Positions 1 to 7,746 of a stretch of 64,000 bases of DNA are shown here, piece by piece. The translations under genes and the position numbers were made by a program. Within the stretch, counting starts at the first letter, position 1, and each line of letters begins with the position of its first letter. Source of the stretch: Candidatus Bathyarchaeota archaeon (GTDB lineage Archaea > Thermoproteota > Bathyarchaeia > TCS64); NCBI GenBank assembly GCA_026014875.1, contig JAOZHO010000017.1, forward strand, positions 11,611-75,610. Direction: 5' to 3'. The notes below the pieces were generated by a model. That model was not told the origin of the DNA. It did not search any database and was given only the letters and a program-made list of their open reading frames with translations.

Positions 1-98
1 CACATGTGCGCGCTTTTATAAGTAGAATAACATTTAAATTATGTTGAAACATTACCCAATTTTCGAGAGAACAAGTCGCGCGTGTAGGTGAAAACGAA

Positions 99-536
99 AT
101 GAGTGATCTTTCAAGTGGAGCAAAAGGCAGGATTGGCGAAACTTTAGTGGCTTTAGAATTGGAAAAACGGGGTTGGTTTGTGTACCGACCGGATTTCGAG
201 GAAAAAGTCGATCTCATCGGATTAAGAGAACAAGATGAAATTTTCAAATACATATCTTTACAGGTCAAAACCTCCTTTTTAACAAAAGATCATTCAATAA
301 CAGTTCACAAGAAAAAACACCTAGAAGACCCTACTTTCTATTACGTCTTCTGCTTAATTGATACGTTTGAAAAACAACCCACATTCATTATCGTGCCAAG
401 CGTTGAACTAAACGAGGTAATGGAAAAAGCCTTTAAAACGCCTAGTTGGAAGGAAAAAGGGGCTTACACATTCCATATTCCTTCCAATCTTAGATTGGGC
501 AAATGGGAAAAATATCGAAATCGATTTAAATTTTAG
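99..536 (+). CDS. hypothetical protein, PD-(D/E)XK (Hjc/NucS-like) nuclease-fold candidate, within AT-rich foreign segment
   Basis: 145-aa ORF in a roughly 38% GC segment of an otherwise roughly 60% GC window. N-terminal GxxGExxVxxxLxxxGW followed by PD-x-EEK-VDLIG resembles restriction-endonuclease-like (P)D...(D/E)xK core motifs. Lies immediately upstream of tRNA-fragment copy 1. Confidence 0.4.
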   Translation: MSDLSSGAKGRIGETLVALELEKRGWFVYRPDFEEKVDLIGLREQDEIFKYISLQVKTSFLTKDHSITVHKKKHLEDPTFYYVFCLIDTFEKQPTFIIVPSVELNEVMEKAFKTPSWKEKGAYTFHIPSNLRLGKWEKYRNRFKF

Positions 537-563
537 ACTACGAGTCCAAGCGGACAAGGATTA

Positions 564-611
564 AGGGCTTTGGACCCTCCGACGCGAGTTCGAATCTCGC
601 CCGGGCTACCA
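564..611 (+). repeat. tRNA 3'-half fragment copy 1 (anticodon arm, T-arm GTTCGAATC, acceptor 3' strand, CCA), att-like direct repeat
   Basis: Sequence agggCTTTGGAccct...gcgaGTTCGAATctcgc-ccgggct-a-cca has a T-stem/loop and 3' acceptor plus CCA. No matching 5' acceptor strand lies upstream, so this is a partial tRNA. The loop cTTTGGa suggests anticodon TTG (Gln-like). Confidence 0.6.
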
Positions 612-692
612 ACCAATCTACTTGAATTATCGCGAACGTTATTTCTACAATCCTCAAAAGTTTTTATTATTGACCTAATAAACAAAGATTGT

Positions 693-1070
693 ATGAGAAC
701 AAATTTCAAATCGAAACGCTTTCAATACAATGGAATTCATAAAAAAGTTGTTCCAACCCATGAAAAACGGGGTCGACTCGTTCTAACCTCAGGTATTAAG
801 GGGCCTCATATTTTTCGGGATAGTGTTCATATCCATCAGGAAAATAGTAGTAATATCAACCTCTCTTCAGGTGATTTCAATCTCATTAGAGTAAATGTCA
901 TTCCTAATCAAACAGCAATTGTGAATCTTAGTGGATTTGCATCTTTCGAAGTTTGGCCTGAGATTGGGGTGATATCAATGTTCTCTGGTCTAGTTACGAA
1001 TAATGTTTTACATCTAGAAGCTGACGGGTCGGGAGTTGTACATATCTGTAAACTAATTGCTTCAAGATAA
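693..1070 (+). CDS. hypothetical protein (AT-rich cassette ORF between att copies 1 and 2)
   Basis: 125-aa ORF starting at an internal ATG of the 570..1070 frame. The reported 570 start lies inside the tRNA fragment, so it was trimmed. Low-complexity, AT-rich, no recognisable domain. Confidence 0.25.
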   Translation: MRTNFKSKRFQYNGIHKKVVPTHEKRGRLVLTSGIKGPHIFRDSVHIHQENSSNINLSSGDFNLIRVNVIPNQTAIVNLSGFASFEVWPEIGVISMFSGLVTNNVLHLEADGSGVVHICKLIASR

Positions 1071-1140
1071 TTAAATTAAACATTGACACTTTTCTCTTTA
1101 AAGGCATAGTAGAATTAAAATAACTGGTGTGTGTATGGGC

Positions 1141-1164
1141 GTTCCAATCTCGCCCGGGCTACCA
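1141..1164 (+). repeat. tRNA 3'-end fragment copy 2 (gttcCaatctcgcccgggctacca), att-like direct repeat
   Basis: 24 nt identical to 588..611 of copy 1 except one G/C change. Marks the end of the AT-rich segment 612..1140. Confidence 0.6.
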
Positions 1165-1238
1165 TGTTCCAGATTCGAGTTTCTGCGCGCGAGGTAGATA
1201 TTATACCATGAAGGGACTTTTCTTCATTTGACCTCATC

Positions 1239-2051
1239 ATGGCTAAACACGGAGACATACGAAAACAATGGAATAATCTAGCGGATTACTATATTTCGAA
1301 AGTTAGAGACGGAACAGACTTATGGAGACACTTCCTGAACGCCCCTGCGTTCACGAAGATGATAGGAGACGTACAAGGACTACGAATGCTAGACATGGCA
1401 TGTGGCGAGGGATACTTTTCCAGATTCTATGCCAAGGCCGGTGCACTAGTCACAGGGATAGACTTCAGCGAGAGCCAGATAGCAGCAGCCCAGGAAGCGG
1501 AGACGAGGGCTCCCCTAGGAATCCAGTATCACCTCGCTGATGCCTCTAAAATGGGTAACATTGAATCCGAGAGCTTCGACATCGTCATCAGTTTCATGGC
1601 ATTAATGGACATCGAAAACTACGAGGGAGCAATAATGCAAGCGGCCCGAGTGCTGAAGCCCGATGGTCGATTCGTGTTTATCTTAATCCATCCATGCTTC
1701 GGTTGGTCCAGAAGAGGATATGACGGAGAAATCTTGGTTAGATGGGAGTATAGAAGACTCGAGGACGGCTCCAGAGAGCCCCATTATCTCAAGATTTTCG
1801 AGTATTTCACGAACCATTCATACAAAATGCGGTGGAAGGACGATGAAGGCCACGAGGTTGCTGTCACAACTATGTTCCACCGGACTCTCACAGATTATAT
1901 GAAGACGTTAAGGAAAAACGGATTCCTAGTATCGCAGATCGAGGAGCCGCGGCCCGTTGAGGCTAAATTCGAGCCTAATGACATGAGCAAGCTAACAAAG
2001 ATACCCCACACAATCTGTGTTGAAGCTCTGAAACTTAATCCACATGTGTGA
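1239..2051 (+). CDS. class I SAM-dependent methyltransferase (Methyltransf_11-like)
   Basis: Motif I LDMACGEGYFS and post-I acidic residue (GIDFSE), Rossmann-type MTase layout, 270 aa. Confidence 0.8.
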   Translation: MAKHGDIRKQWNNLADYYISKVRDGTDLWRHFLNAPAFTKMIGDVQGLRMLDMACGEGYFSRFYAKAGALVTGIDFSESQIAAAQEAETRAPLGIQYHLADASKMGNIESESFDIVISFMALMDIENYEGAIMQAARVLKPDGRFVFILIHPCFGWSRRGYDGEILVRWEYRRLEDGSREPHYLKIFEYFTNHSYKMRWKDDEGHEVAVTTMFHRTLTDYMKTLRKNGFLVSQIEEPRPVEAKFEPNDMSKLTKIPHTICVEALKLNPHV

Positions 2052-2088
2052 GGGGGGGTTAGATGACTCTTATCCTACTGCGCGCTCT

Positions 2089-2127
2089 TACCCTCCGACG
2101 CGAGTTCGAATCTCACCCGGACTAGCA
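2089..2127 (+). repeat. tRNA 3'-end fragment copy 3 (diverged), att-like direct repeat
   Basis: accctccgacgcgagttcgaatctcAcccggActaGca, which has a few substitutions relative to copy 1. Confidence 0.55.
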
Positions 2128-2199
2128 GAATTCTTATCATCGAATCAGAGTTCTCAACCCTTATATCTATGGCATGATTCACACCATATGGTTGAATAA

Positions 2200-2475
2200 A
2201 TGGAGAACGCCACAACCATCGACAAACAGGGAAGGCTGGTCCTACCCTCCCACATCCGGGAGGCCCTGGGCCTCAAGGGAGGGGGGGAGGTAACCATAAG
2301 GCTGGACGGCTCCAGGGTCATCATAGAACCCGTCTCCAACGACGTCAAAAAGAATGTCCGGGAGTGGGAAGAACTCGCGAAGAGCCTCAACGCAGAGGCA
2401 TTCACCGAGGAGACCGACGAGAGCTGGAAGTGGACGAGCAGTGACTACGCCCGGAGAAAACTCGGCCTATCCTGA
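2200..2475 (+). CDS. AbrB/SpoVT-type swapped-hairpin antitoxin (VapB-like)
   Basis: KQGRLVLPSHIREALGLKGGGEVTI is typical of the AbrB/MazE N-terminal DNA-binding fold. Sits directly upstream of a PIN gene. Confidence 0.7.
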   Translation: MENATTIDKQGRLVLPSHIREALGLKGGGEVTIRLDGSRVIIEPVSNDVKKNVREWEELAKSLNAEAFTEETDESWKWTSSDYARRKLGLS

Positions 2476-2479
2476 CGGC

Positions 2480-2941
2480 GTCGTCGACGTCGGCATCATC
2501 GTCCCCACGTGCTTCGAGAACCCCCTCAAGGAGCACAGCACGGCGTTCCTCGCGGACGTCCTCACCCAGAGGAAGAAGGCCGCCATACCCGTCACAGCGA
2601 TCATCGGAGCCTACCACGTCGCCACCCGATACCTGCGGATCCCCAGGATGACGGTGAAGAAGACCCTGGGCGGCATCCTGAACACGGGCTCACCCGCCCT
2701 CTACGGCCACGTCTCACCCCAGACGGCCTGGGACGCCCTCGACTACGCCTCCACGTACCTCATCGAGTCGTGGGACGGATACCTCATCTCCCTGGCCCGA
2801 AGCCTCAGGTCGACCGTCGTCTTCTCCCTCGACGAGGAGCTCCGCAAGGTCAGAGAGATAACCCTCGTGAACCCGTTCCCCAGAGAAGACGTCGAGCGGT
2901 ACCACGACTCCCTGAAAAAAGGATTAAGACAACATCCCTAG
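2480..2941 (+). CDS. PIN-domain ribonuclease toxin (VapC-like), GTG start
   Basis: The 2354..2941 frame begins inside the antitoxin in another frame, so it was trimmed to GTG at 2480/2483 (VVDVGIIVP...). Acidic positions fit a PIN fold: N-terminal D, E in CFENP, D in DALDY, and C-terminal VVFSLDEEL (the PIN 'TxDxDF' equivalent). Confidence 0.55.
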   Translation, partial: VVDVGIIVPTCFENPLKEHSTAFLADVLTQRKKAAIPVTAIIGAYHVATRYLRIPRMTVKKTLGGILNTGSPALYGHVSPQTAWDALDYASTYLIESWDGYLISLARSLRSTVVFSLDEELRKVREITLVNPFPREDVERYHDSLKKGLRQHP

Positions 2942-2983
2942 ATCATGCGTCCAACCCCGGGTCAACCAAGGGTGGACGACGCA

Positions 2984-3021
2984 GGACCCCTCCGACGCGA
3001 GACCGAATCTCCCCCGATCTA
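2984..3021 (+). repeat. tRNA 3'-end fragment copy 4 (most diverged), att-like direct repeat
   Basis: ggacccctccgacgcgagaccgaatctcccccgatcta aligns to copy 1 with substitutions and one indel. Confidence 0.5.
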
Positions 3022-3168
3022 TCAATCCTCATCTGCCATGATATCCCGGGTCTTCACTCAATCACGCGCGAGGTCCCCCGTGGCCTCTATGCGCCAGCCC
3101 CGTCAAGGATGTCCCCCCGCATGGGAATGTTTATCTACCATTTTACCATAACTCAAACCAGTGGTATT

Positions 3169-3438
3169 ATGGCATCATTGGTGGAGTCGGACGGGTCAGG
3201 CCGGATAGTGATACCCAAGAGGATACGGGACGAGCACGGAATCACGGGCAGGACCCAGTTCCTCCTCACCAGCAACGGGAAGGGCCAGATCACACTCCAG
3301 AAGATAGACGTCGAGGAGATGGCCCAACGCCTCCAGGAGGAGCTCAGAGACGTCCCCGTCGAGGAGATGGCCAAGTCCATCAGGAAGGAGATAAATGACA
3401 AAATCAGATCAAGGCGCCGGGACCTTCCTCCTCGATAA
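3169..3438 (+). CDS. AbrB/SpoVT-type antitoxin (VapB-like)
   Basis: MASLVESDGSGRIVIPKRIRDEHGI... matches the AbrB swapped-hairpin motif. The long 2509..3438 frame spans att copy 4 and is a GC-frame artifact. The gene overlaps the downstream PIN gene by 44 nt. Confidence 0.65.
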   Translation: MASLVESDGSGRIVIPKRIRDEHGITGRTQFLLTSNGKGQITLQKIDVEEMAQRLQEELRDVPVEEMAKSIRKEINDKIRSRRRDLPPR

Positions 3439-3835
3439 CAACGTCTTCGTCTCCGCCATCAAGGACCCCGCCAGGGAGACGGCCACCCTCACGCTCATCC
3501 TGGAGATGATCCGGGACAAGAGCGTGGGCCTGGTGGGCAACGAGTTCCTGGCGGAGGAGATGGCCCGATACGCCGAGGCCTTCAGGTCGGAGACCGCCTC
3601 CCTCCTCCTCCACGCCCTCATCTCCAAGATGGACATCGTGGACGTCCAGGAGAGATTCACCGCCGCCTGCAGGAGCATCATGGGCACGGAGGACCCCGCC
3701 GACCTCCTCCACGCCGCCACCTGCCTCCAGACGGGCGCCACACTCATCACCAACGACCGCCACTTCAACAGCATAAGAGACCAGGGGATCATCGAGGTCT
3801 GGAGCACGGCAGAGGCCATCCGGAGGCTCCTCTGA
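3395..3835 (+). CDS. vapC: PIN-domain toxin VapC
   Basis: Classic PIN motifs FLLDNNVFVSA (N-terminal D) ... E ... D ... TLITNDRHF, 146 aa. Confidence 0.8.
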   Translation: MTKSDQGAGTFLLDNNVFVSAIKDPARETATLTLILEMIRDKSVGLVGNEFLAEEMARYAEAFRSETASLLLHALISKMDIVDVQERFTAACRSIMGTEDPADLLHAATCLQTGATLITNDRHFNSIRDQGIIEVWSTAEAIRRLL

Positions 3836-3891
3836 GCATCTCGCACCACGGACGTCCCTCCCCGGCCGCCCCACCGAACAGCCCCCCCTGG

Positions 3892-4452
3892 CTATTCACG
3901 CAGTGACTCGGCGAACCTGTGCGCGAAATCCCTTATCCTGTCCCAGTCCCTTAGATCGTTCCTGCCCTTCGCGTCGAGCTCCAGCCCCTTCTCCTTGGAC
4001 AGCCCCAGCATCACCGACTGAGCGATCTTCTTATCCAGGAACCCCATCCGGGACCCCGGCCCCACGTCCAACACCGGACCGAAGGCCTCCATCAGATCCG
4101 CCTCCACCCCCGCCGCCTCGGCCACCTTCTCAAGGAGATCCCTCCGGGCGTTCTCCGGCTCTACCAGCACCGACATGCAGGAGACGAACAGCGCCACCCT
4201 CCTCCCCCTGAGCTCGCCGGCCTTCCTCCTGAGGAACGCCAGGGGCTCCCCCATCCACTTGGATATCTTGACCCCGGAGCCCACCATCACACCGTCGTAC
4301 CCCTCCAGGCTAGGCCAGAGCCTGATCCTCTTGACATCCAGAACGGTGGCCTCCACCCCCTCCTCCCCCAGGAACCCCGCCAGCCTCTCCGCGATCTCCT
4401 CGGCGCTCCCCCACCGCGAGCCATAGGCGATCAGAACCCTCATGATCGACAC
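3892..4452 (-). CDS. flavodoxin-like fold protein
   Basis: MRVLIAYGSRWGSAEEIAERLAG... is a typical flavodoxin phosphate-binding N-terminus. Confidence 0.55.
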   Translation of the reverse strand: MSIMRVLIAYGSRWGSAEEIAERLAGFLGEEGVEATVLDVKRIRLWPSLEGYDGVMVGSGVKISKWMGEPLAFLRRKAGELRGRRVALFVSCMSVLVEPENARRDLLEKVAEAAGVEADLMEAFGPVLDVGPGSRMGFLDKKIAQSVMLGLSKEKGLELDAKGRNDLRDWDRIRDFAHRFAESLRE

Positions 4453-4726
4453 TGCGCCGACAAGGATAAAATAGGTTTACATCGGTCGCCGAGACCCAAT
4501 CCCCAGATCACTCGAATCCCTCCCACGACTCGCATGCAGACATACACACCATTCCTCGGGGACGATGAGGGATCCCCCGTTCATGCCAGCCATCCCGCCT
4601 CGACACACCATTTTCCTGCTCTATTTCCTTCCGTTCTCCGATAGGGGTCGCCCCACAGAAGCCTTGGACCCGCCATCGACGCTTCCCCGATCCGGGGTCG
4701 GCCGGGGCATCGGTTTTGTTAAAAAC

Positions 4727-6034
4727 ATGTTGCTGATTCCATTAATGATCGGAATGGAGTGCGACGTCCTAGTCATAGGCGCAGGAATCCTGGGCCTCAG
4801 CTCGGCCTACCACATCAAGAGGGAGAACCCCGGCAAGAATGTGGCGGTCATCGACAAGCACGGCGGCCCCGGGCAGGGGAACAGCGCCAAGAGCGAGGGG
4901 GGCTTCAGGAACCTCTTCACCTCGGAGACCAACTTCCTCCTCGCGGACTCCACAATCGACTGGTTCAAACACATGGAAGAAGAACTGGGCCACCACATCG
5001 GCCTGTCCTACATCGGCTACCTCTTCCTACTGAACGAGGAGCACTACACCGGCCAGAAGGAGTCCTGGGACAGGATCAGGGACCACGGGGGCGAGATGAG
5101 GGTGCTGGATAGGGAGGAGCTCGAGGAGATGATACCCGGTCTGGTCACCCACTTCGGGGACGACGAGGAGGCGGAGCTCCTGGGGCTAAACCCGGTCGAC
5201 TACGGCGTCTTCGGGAAAAAATGCGGATGCATCGACGCCGACGCCCTCACCAGGGCCTACGAGGCGGAGTTCCTCAATCTGGGCGGCGAGATACACTACG
5301 GCACCGAGGCGAAGAGCCTCACCCTGGAACCCGAACAGGAGCTGGAGATACCCGGGGAGCCCTTCGTCTGGCAGGACGCCCACATAACCGGCGCAGAGAC
5401 CACCCAGGGGAAGATACGAGCCGACACGACCGTCGTGGCCGCCGGGGTCTGGTCGGAGGGGCTCCTGGACCCCCTCGGCGTAGACTCCTTCATGAGGCCC
5501 AAGAAGAGGCAGCTCTTCGTCTTCAAGGACCCCCGGCTGGAATCCCTCTTCAACGTGGAGGGATTCAACGAGTACGGCACCATGCCCCTCACCATCCTGC
5601 CCAAGGCGGGCGTCCTATTCAGGCCGGAGCGGTCCGAGAACACCATCTGGCTGGCGTGCGCGGACAACCTGGGCAGGAAATACGAACTCGAGGAGGACCC
5701 CCAAGCCGAGGAGGGCTTCTACACCGAGAGCATATACCACATCCTGGTGAAGTACTTCCCCTGCTTCGAGGGCGTCCGCCCGATGAACAGTTGGGCGGGC
5801 CAGTACGCCATCAACGGCTACGACGAGCTGCCGGTGGTGACTCCCGCACCCGGCATGATCTACGTGGGCGCGGCCAGCGGAAGCGGCATCATGAAGTGCG
5901 ACTCTATCGCCCGCATAGCGGCGGCCCTATACGCCGGCAGGGAGGAGGCCGAGCTCTACGGCGGGCGCCGCTTCAGGGTGGCGGACCTCGGCATCCACAA
6001 CAGGAACGTCGAGAGGGAGAGCCTGATTCTTTAG
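4727..6034 (+). CDS. FAD-dependent oxidoreductase (DAO family, glycine/sarcosine-oxidase-like)
   Basis: DVLVIGAGILGLSSAY is a dinucleotide-binding motif. The C-terminal GxGxxG-type closing motif is typical of DAO enzymes. The start is probably ATG 4727 or 4754, and the reported 4565 start is an upstream extension. Confidence 0.8.
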   Translation: MLLIPLMIGMECDVLVIGAGILGLSSAYHIKRENPGKNVAVIDKHGGPGQGNSAKSEGGFRNLFTSETNFLLADSTIDWFKHMEEELGHHIGLSYIGYLFLLNEEHYTGQKESWDRIRDHGGEMRVLDREELEEMIPGLVTHFGDDEEAELLGLNPVDYGVFGKKCGCIDADALTRAYEAEFLNLGGEIHYGTEAKSLTLEPEQELEIPGEPFVWQDAHITGAETTQGKIRADTTVVAAGVWSEGLLDPLGVDSFMRPKKRQLFVFKDPRLESLFNVEGFNEYGTMPLTILPKAGVLFRPERSENTIWLACADNLGRKYELEEDPQAEEGFYTESIYHILVKYFPCFEGVRPMNSWAGQYAINGYDELPVVTPAPGMIYVGAASGSGIMKCDSIARIAAALYAGREEAELYGGRRFRVADLGIHNRNVERESLIL

Positions 6035-6333
6035 TTCTCCCTGTTCTTCAGGCCCCGGATCACCCCCTCCACCACGTTGTAGACGGCCTTCAGGGACCAT
6101 CTATCGGGGTCGCCGCCTGCTGGGTAGGAGGCCACGCCGAAGGCTGCGGCGCCTCTGGTCGGCGACGATGTCGCAGGTCATTCTCGGCACGTGCGTTCAG
6201 CCGCACAGGGCATGAGGCCTAAGGGAGATCAGGACTCTCCGTTGTTGGATGATAATCGTTTTTATTAGAGTCTAGGTTAGACTATCCATTCATTGCTTAA
6301 GAGGGAGAACTGTGAGAAAAGGGAGACTGCAGT

Positions 6334-6498
6334 ATGGCTAAGGAAAAAGTTAGATACCCATGCAAATGCAACAAGACCGACCCCGAGCACACCAAAGAAG
6401 ACAGCGGGGAAGGCTGGATGCGATACGTCTGCTCCTCATGTGGCAAAGTCAAGTTCGCGTGGCGCGCTCACGGAGCCAAGAACTTGGACGAGAAGTGA
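6334..6498 (+). CDS. small CxC...CxxC zinc-ribbon protein (54 aa), unlisted because <60 aa
   Basis: ATG at 6334, TGA at 6496. The protein reads MAKEKVRYPCKCNKTDPEHTKEDSGEGWMRYVCSSCGKVKFAWRAHGAKNLDEK. It has 4 Cys in a ribbon arrangement and lies 60 bp upstream of tbp. Confidence 0.35.
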   Translation: MAKEKVRYPCKCNKTDPEHTKEDSGEGWMRYVCSSCGKVKFAWRAHGAKNLDEK

Positions 6499-6557
6499 CA
6501 GCAGTCAATATACCTGACCAGGATATTACCAAGTTTGGTTGAACGCGGGGAAACTGT

Positions 6558-7136
6558 ATGACACAGGAAAAAAGCGTGACACTCAAGGATCTGGATATCA
6601 GCGTAGAGAACGTGGTCGCCACGGCGACACTTCACCAGAAGCTGGACCTCATAGCCATCATGAAGGTGTTCAGGAACGTGGAGTACAGGCCCAAAAAGTT
6701 CCCCGGGCTGGTGTTCAGGCTGAAGAGGCCCAAGACGGCGACCCTCATATTCAGCACGGGTAAAATGGTGTGCACAGGGGCTAAATCGGACAAGTTGGCC
6801 CGGAGCGCCATCAAGAAAGTTGTCAAGGAGCTCAAGAACAACGGCATCATCATCCTGGGCAAGCCCGAAATAGTGATCCAGAACATGGTCGCCACGGCTA
6901 ATCTTCACACATATATCGACCTGGAGGCTGCCGCGGACGTCCTGGACAACGTGATGTATGAGCCCGAGCAGTTCCCCGCTCTCATCTACCGGATGGCGGA
7001 ACCCAAGGTCGTCATCCTCGTCTTCGCCTCCGGGAAGCTTGTCTGCACCGGAGCCAAAAGTGCGGAGATGGTTGACGTGGCCATCATGAAGCTCCACGGG
7101 ATCTTGGATGAGTATGGACTCCTATTCCAAGACTGA
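6558..7136 (+). CDS. tbp: TATA-box binding protein
   Basis: Two direct repeats with ENVVATA(T/N)L...KFPGLVFRL/QFPALIYRM...(I/V)LIFSTGKMVCTGAKS/LVFASGKLVCTGAKS give a canonical archaeal TBP. Confidence 0.95.
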   Translation: MTQEKSVTLKDLDISVENVVATATLHQKLDLIAIMKVFRNVEYRPKKFPGLVFRLKRPKTATLIFSTGKMVCTGAKSDKLARSAIKKVVKELKNNGIIILGKPEIVIQNMVATANLHTYIDLEAAADVLDNVMYEPEQFPALIYRMAEPKVVILVFASGKLVCTGAKSAEMVDVAIMKLHGILDEYGLLFQD

Positions 7137-7261
7137 ACGCCGCATGCCCCTGTCCGAGTGCTAATGATATTCCCTGCGGGACCTATCTCCGTGCGCTCTC
7201 ACTCGGATGCGGCGCGCAGAGTGAGCATTTTATTTGCCCTCATCCCTCTCTGATATCCAAT

Positions 7262-7627
7262 ATGACCGGGAAGATGCTGTTCGTCATCACCAGCGGCCCC
7301 GAAGAGGTGAACAAGGTGAGCTGGGGGCTCCGGATGGCCCTGAACGTCCACACCCACCCCTACGGCGAGAGGCTCGTCGACGAGGTGAAAGTGCTCCTGT
7401 TCTGCGGGGGGGTCCAGATCGTCGACCCCGGCACGCCCCACTACGAGGAGCTGAGCAAGAGGCTCAGGGACCTGAGGGACGCGGGGGTCGAAGTGGCCTC
7501 GTGCATGTCCATCGCAATACGCCTGGGCCTCGAGGAGGAGACACGCTCCCTGGGAATCGAGTGCGTCCACGCCTCGGTCTACGTGGCCCAGTCCGTCAGC
7601 GAAGGCTTCACGATAATGACTTTCTGA
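7262..7627 (+). CDS. DsrE/DsrF-like family protein
   Basis: About 120 aa. MLFVITSGP...VKVLLFCGGVQI...VEVASCMS resembles the DsrE/peroxiredoxin-like sulfur-relay fold. Confidence 0.5.
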   Translation: MTGKMLFVITSGPEEVNKVSWGLRMALNVHTHPYGERLVDEVKVLLFCGGVQIVDPGTPHYEELSKRLRDLRDAGVEVASCMSIAIRLGLEEETRSLGIECVHASVYVAQSVSEGFTIMTF

Positions 7628-7746
7628 CTCGAAAAACGTCGCTTGATCGATTTCCGCTGGTCATCAATACCGTTAGCCGCTGATCGACAACATTATAGAG
7701 GTAGCTGGGTCGATGAAAGAGGAGAGAAAGGGATCCCCCTAGGAGC

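Noticed and set aside
570-692. N-terminal part of ORF 570-1070 overlapping the tRNA fragment
   Set aside because: The start lies within the att-like tRNA remnant, so it was trimmed to the internal ATG at 693. Even that is low confidence.
2509-3438. 309-aa ORF spanning tRNA-fragment copy 4
   Set aside because: Its N-terminal 220 aa are low-complexity R/P-rich and run across the PIN gene (other frame) and the att-like repeat. Only the C-terminal AbrB-like portion (3169-3438) is credible.
5221-6222. 333-aa Arg-rich ORF
   Set aside because: Off-frame of the FAD-oxidoreductase gene, with no domain signal.
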